Shown: positions 59,862-64,000 of the stretch, piece by piece
How positions within the stretch are numbered: position 1 is the stretch's first letter
Layout: every line of letters starts with the position of its first letter
Assembly: GCA_964448115.1 (NCBI GenBank)
Contig: CAYUVA010000004.1
Span: forward strand, 1-64,000
Direction of reading: 5' to 3'
Source: an uncultured bacterium
Lineage (GTDB): Bacteria > CAYUVA01
DNA length: 64,000 bases
The notes under the pieces: generated by a model
What the model saw: the letters and a program-made list of their open reading frames with translations, nothing else
Databases searched by the model: none
What the model was told of the DNA's origin: nothing
Translations under genes and position numbers: made by a program

Positions 59862-60772
59862 CCCTTACCTTCTCCACGACATCGTTCCAGCCACCTTCCC
59901 TAACGAAGACCGCTGGCTTGCCTATGGGCGCGTTTACTTCCTCCATGACCAGGTGCTTGAGATTAGAAATAGGGAAGTGGTTTGGATTCAAGCGGTCCAA
60001 CTTCCGCTCTCAGACCTTTGACTATCGACTTGGGATCATCACCGGGGATTAGAATAATATCCACCTGTCGCTTATCCCAGACTTCAACAGTCCAGTTGAA
60101 GGTATTTAAGAAGGCAAAATCGAAGAAACAAGCTGATGAGCTATGGACCAGAAAACCGTAACCATTTATCGGATCCATGAAATATGGCATGGGAAAGTAA
60201 GTATTGGTAAGGCGATCCTGCCGGTGATTTACCGGGTCTCCTCCCCTGCCCACTCCCTGCTCCTGAACCAAGGCGGGAAAGCTCTGTCCCTTGAGATCCA
60301 TGAAGTTGTATTGCTCGTCAAAGCCCCAAAAACTAGCATTCTCTAGCGCTTCAAAGGAGAACTTGATGCTATTGGCAGGGACGCTTTGCTCCAGCTCGGT
60401 CTTCACTCTCAGGTTTCCCCTCTCGGTAAGCTGAAAGGTAATGCTGCCCACCCTCTTGACATTTTTTTTGATACCGATGGTTTGTCCGCTTCTTGCAAGC
60501 TGAAGTGGCGTATATTCTGGATTATCCTTGGAGAACTCGAAGAAGCCAAACAACATATCGACTATCGGTGTAAATGTCTCGTAGCCAAGCTCGGTGAGTT
60601 TAAGTAACTGCTGTTGGTCATATCCAACGATCAGGCAGCCATCAATTAATCGCCATCGGTAGTCCTCGATATACCTCCAGTCATCATCATCCTCCTCCAA
60701 GCAAGAAGATATTATTACCGAAATGAGAGCTAGAGTAATAATGATCGAAATATATGATACCAGTTGTCTCAT
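59845..60772 (-). pseudogene. Internally deleted GH31 (YihQ/sulfoquinovosidase-like) lipoprotein gene
   Basis: ORF 59963-60772 has GH31 N-domain motifs (EQYNFMDLKG, EQGVGR, TYFPMPYF) and stops before the catalytic barrel. Fragment 59845-59946 encodes EVNAPIGKPAVF, matching the GH31 C-terminus. Confidence 0.72.
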
Positions 60773-60778
60773 CGGCGG

Positions 60779-61672
60779 TTAGAAGGCGATTATCAAGCCG
60801 TATTGACCATCGTTGTATTCGTGCTCTCCATAGGCGGGTGCGATCTCATTGGTATCGAAGCTTATGGCAACCTTATACTTTCCTGATGGAAGTATGATCT
60901 TCTTCATCTGCGCTGGCGCCAGCGGAACCTGGGTAATCTTTTCACCGCTGAAGTATAGGGTCAGGCGGTTCCTGGTGCTGTTACCCACTTTTATCAGGGA
61001 CAAGCCCTCCTTGTTATAGTCTCCCTTTCGTTCCGGCTGAGGGAATTCGCTGTAATCGCCCTGGGCAATTTTCTGTATCTGGGACAGGATGAATTCATTC
61101 TCTGCCTTTATGTTTTGGTATAGTAACTTGACCTCATCTATCCTTGGGCTATTGGGGAATCGTTGCATGAAGTCCTTAAGCGCCTGGTGATCGTTATTCT
61201 GCTTTGCCTGTTCGATGATCGAAGCCTCCAGCCGCGCCTGTTTATTCGCTTGTATTGCCTTCAGTCGGCTGGCTGCGTCATCATAGTATGGCGAGTCCTC
61301 GTGTTGGCTCATGTAATCCATATAAACCTGGGGATCATCGGATTTGATAATCTCCTCGTATTCTAGCTTATGTACAAGCTCCTTAAACTCCTCGGCGTGT
61401 TCCGAGTCGGGGAATTGGTCCAGAAAATTGCCATAAGCCGCGATCGTATTTTCACTTTTTGCCTTTTCATACATCAGTTCTTCCAGGCGGTTTTTTGCTT
61501 GGGAACTGTATTTACTATCAGGATGCTTATCAAGGAATTCCTGGTAGGCATCTATAGTGTCTCTTTGTACCGCCTGGCGATAGGCTGATCCAGCGCAGAA
61601 GCTAAGCGATATCGATAATATAGCGAGCAGTGCTAAGCAAAATGTTGGTCTCATTATTTTAATCTCCGCCAT
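60779..61672 (-). CDS. Probable lipoprotein with helical TIxAYxxFLxxxPxS repeats
   Basis: Signal peptide with Cys (LSFC) and four repeats of the motif. Confidence 0.7.
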   Translation of the reverse strand: MAEIKIMRPTFCLALLAILSISLSFCAGSAYRQAVQRDTIDAYQEFLDKHPDSKYSSQAKNRLEELMYEKAKSENTIAAYGNFLDQFPDSEHAEEFKELVHKLEYEEIIKSDDPQVYMDYMSQHEDSPYYDDAASRLKAIQANKQARLEASIIEQAKQNNDHQALKDFMQRFPNSPRIDEVKLLYQNIKAENEFILSQIQKIAQGDYSEFPQPERKGDYNKEGLSLIKVGNSTRNRLTLYFSGEKITQVPLAPAQMKKIILPSGKYKVAISFDTNEIAPAYGEHEYNDGQYGLIIAF

Positions 61673-61879
61673 AGTTTGATCTTATTATCACCCCTACATA
61701 CTATTCAAAACGGCTTTTATTTTCAATTCAGGGATACAGGGATACCTTGTTATCCTCCATTTACCAAACCAGGACTTAAGGATTTACCTGGCTTGAGGCT
61801 ATTGTCATGCCAGCATAGGCGAGCGTCCAGTCCTTTAGCCACCAAGTGGCGACAAAAATTATATATAAAGAGCAGCACC

Positions 61880-61952
61880 GATCCCGACCTGTTCAGGAGG
61901 CACGAAAATTATGAAGCACGAAAGTGCGTTATCTCTCTAGGGAAGAAATCTA
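61880..61952 (+). repeat. 55-bp dispersed repeat, copy 3 (core 61898-61952)
   Basis: AGGCACGAAAATTATGAAGCACGAAAGTGCGTTATCTCTCTAGGGAAGAAATCTA, ungapped against copies 1 and 2. Confidence 0.88.
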
Positions 61953-62058
61953 AGATAAAGGGTTGATGATACTGAAGGCTTCATATACCATTGGCTGTCG
62001 AACAAATTTTGAATCATCGGCAGAAGATACTGCATAGAAAAGATTATGAGGTTAAAGC

Positions 62059-62859
62059 ATGGGTTCGTTGAGAGATAACTTCGAGACCATAAGCGTTTCG
62101 ATTGATGAGAGGATCGCCACCGTTGCCTTGAATCGCCCTGAGATCCATAATGCCTTCAACGAGGTGCTGATCGCCGAGCTTACCGAGGTTTTCAATGTTT
62201 TAGGCAATGATGACAATGTTCGGGTTGTAGTTTTAACTGGTCGAGGAAAATCCTTTTGCGCCGGCGCGGATCTCGAATGGATGGGAAGAATGCGCAACTA
62301 TAGCTTCGAAGAGAACTATGATGACTCCTATGCCCTCGCTGAGTGCATGTACACCATATACTCGTGCCCCAAGCCTGTAATAGGGTGCATCAATGGCTCT
62401 GCATTCGGTGGAGGATGCGGTCTGGTCGCTGCCTGCGATATATCACTTGCCTCCAATGAGGCACGCTTTGCACTATCGGAGGTGAAGCTCGGCTTGGTGC
62501 CTGCTTGTATCGCACCTTATGTCATCATGCGCATCGGAATAAAGAACGCTCGAGAGCTTTTCCTAACCGGAGAGCGAATTAACGCAAAGATGGCTCAGAA
62601 CATTGGGCTGATAAACTATGCGCTCGAAACTGACCTGTTGCAACATCGCATACGGCAGCTTTGCAACACCCTTATTACCAGCGGTCCCAATGCACTTGCA
62701 ATATGCAAGCAATTGATAGCCGATGTGCCAACCATGTCATTGAAGGAGGCTAAGCAATACACCGCCAGAATGATAGCAAAACTGCGAGTCAGCGACGAGG
62801 CAAAGGAGGGTATAAGCGCATTCTTTGAAAAAAGAAAACCAAGTTGGGCTCACGAATAG
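62059..62859 (+). CDS. Enoyl-CoA hydratase/isomerase (methylglutaconyl-CoA hydratase-like)
   Basis: Motifs LNRPEIHNAF, FCAGADL, GGGCGL, SEVKLGLVPA and FFEKRKPSW. Confidence 0.92.
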   Translation: MGSLRDNFETISVSIDERIATVALNRPEIHNAFNEVLIAELTEVFNVLGNDDNVRVVVLTGRGKSFCAGADLEWMGRMRNYSFEENYDDSYALAECMYTIYSCPKPVIGCINGSAFGGGCGLVAACDISLASNEARFALSEVKLGLVPACIAPYVIMRIGIKNARELFLTGERINAKMAQNIGLINYALETDLLQHRIRQLCNTLITSGPNALAICKQLIADVPTMSLKEAKQYTARMIAKLRVSDEAKEGISAFFEKRKPSWAHE

Positions 62860-62894
62860 AACACTTCACCGTCCGGCATGATTACCTCAAATCT

Positions 62895-63035
62895 GCTCCC
62901 TCTCCCTCTGGGAGAGGGCTGGGGAGAGGGCATTCCATCACCCCCCCCGTTCACGGGCATCTCCTCTTCTTTTCCCCCCGTTCACGGGCATCTCCTCTTC
63001 TTTTCCCCCCGTTCACGGGGGGATTAAGGGGGGGA
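62895..63035. repeat. Composite REP-like palindromic element with an internal 31-bp tandem duplication
   Basis: Hairpin CCCTCTCCC-TCT-GGGAGAGGG (62898-62918); unit CCCCCCGTTCACGGGCATCTCCTCTTCTTTT repeated ~2.5 times at a 31-bp period (62943-63022). Confidence 0.9.
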
Positions 63036-63839
63036 AGCGACAAATACCCTACCATTCATGCTACCGCTACGATAGCCCTCAAGATCCAAGCTGATAAAAA
63101 CAAAACCAAGCTCCTTAAATCGGGCTATGATACTTTCTCTCATGCCTGCTTCTAAAAGCCTCGGTATCTCTTGCCCCAAAACCTCGATACGAGCGCTTTT
63201 GTCTAATAATCGCACCCGATATTGACTGAAGCCAAGCGATTCCAGATGTTCCTCACCCTTTTCAACCATGCAAAGTAATTCCTCGGTTATCCTTTGCCCG
63301 TATGGAAATCGGCTAGCTAGGCAAGCCATGCTCGGCTTGGCAAAGGTTTCCAAGCCCAGCTCCTTGGATAGCTCCCTGATCTCTTGTTTACTCAAGCCAA
63401 CCTCTGCCAGCGGACTACTTATACCCAACTCTTTCAGCGCTTCAAGTCCGGGACGATAATCACTAAGATCATCTACATTGCTACCATCGGCAATTTGCTC
63501 CATACCTTTTTCAATGGCTACCTCCTTCAGCTTCCCCATCAACAACTTCTTACAGTGATAGCAACGATTAGACGGGTTACTGATAAATTCTGCGTTCTCC
63601 ATGCAGTCTGAGTTCACCTCGATTACACCGATACCATGCAAGCCGGCGAATTCCAGTGCTCTTTGATGTTCCCGCCTTGGATAGACTGCATCCCTGGCGA
63701 TTACTGCAATCATCTTTTCTCCAAGCACTTGATTGGCTACATAAGCAAGAAACGAAGAATCTACCCCCCCTGAGTATGCAACAAGTAAACTTCGGTAAGA
63801 TCGAATTTTCTCTTTTAGTGCTGCAAGCTTTTGCTTCAT
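63024..63839 (-). CDS. larE: ATP-dependent sacrificial sulfur transferase LarE
   Basis: PP-loop SGGVDS; motifs RCYHCK, DYRPG, ACLASRFPYG and DLEGYRSGSMN. Confidence 0.93.
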   Translation of the reverse strand: MKQKLAALKEKIRSYRSLLVAYSGGVDSSFLAYVANQVLGEKMIAVIARDAVYPRREHQRALEFAGLHGIGVIEVNSDCMENAEFISNPSNRCYHCKKLLMGKLKEVAIEKGMEQIADGSNVDDLSDYRPGLEALKELGISSPLAEVGLSKQEIRELSKELGLETFAKPSMACLASRFPYGQRITEELLCMVEKGEEHLESLGFSQYRVRLLDKSARIEVLGQEIPRLLEAGMRESIIARFKELGFVFISLDLEGYRSGSMNGRVFVASPP

Positions 63840-64000
63840 TCTACCACTTTCTTAACATAATCTTCTCTCGGGAGCCTATGCCCCCGATAGCGGATGACGC
63901 CTTTTTTATCCACCAGTATATTGGTTGGGATGCCGAAGATCTTGTACTTGGAGGATATCCTTCTATTGCTATCCAAGAGGATCGGATAGGTGATCTTATA
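63836..64000 (-). CDS. C-terminal part of a TlpA/ResA-like thioredoxin-fold protein, runs off the window end
   Basis: Manual translation YKITYPILLDSNRRISSKYKIFGIPTNILVDKKGVIRY...; ATGA overlap with larE. Confidence 0.75.
   Translation of the reverse strand, partial: YKITYPILLDSNRRISSKYKIFGIPTNILVDKKGVIRYRGHRLPREDYVKKVVE

Noticed and set aside
62943-63022. 31-bp periodic repeat as a CRISPR array
   Set aside because: The units are contiguous and identical with no unique spacers, there are only ~2.5 copies, and no cas genes are present.
62844-63155. 103-aa ORF on the + strand
   Set aside because: It is a translation of the palindromic repeat plus antisense larE.
63024-64000. Complete nickel-pincer (lar) cofactor system
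   Set aside because: Only larE is visible; larA, larB and larC are not in the window, and the upstream context is cut by the window edge.

Overview
This is a 64 kb chromosomal window from a diderm bacterium, judging by lptB, outer-membrane beta-barrels and a meso-DAP-type MurE. It is probably an uncultured lineage, but the taxonomy cannot be set from this window. It is gene-dense and mostly housekeeping or envelope related. It holds a rearranged peptidoglycan cluster (rnz-murG-murJ-HEAT protein-mraY-murE-murF), pilD, dnaG, aroB, hbd, ribD, lptB-rpoN-hpf-rluD and larE. It also has five GT-C-fold membrane glycosyltransferases, other glycan genes and several large exported proteins. I recognised no rRNA, tRNA, CRISPR array, transposase or integrase. 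Main observations: (1) two unrelated exported proteins share a Thr-Pro linker plus a ~100 aa C-terminal domain ending (W/F)PYLxV, a candidate lineage-specific sorting system that may be linked to the GT-C enzymes; (2) a REP-like palindromic element sits in frame inside murE, with a sibling copy at 62.9-63.0 kb; (3) there are three ungapped copies of a 55-bp dispersed element ending in TA; (4) there are two remnants outside the ORF track, a broken vapBC pair fused to the end of murG and a YihQ-like GH31 gene lacking its catalytic domain; (5) a parS-like palindrome and IHF-type sites lie upstream of dnaG; (6) an orphan BMC shell gene is coupled to hpt. All product calls come from motif recognition by eye; no database search was run.
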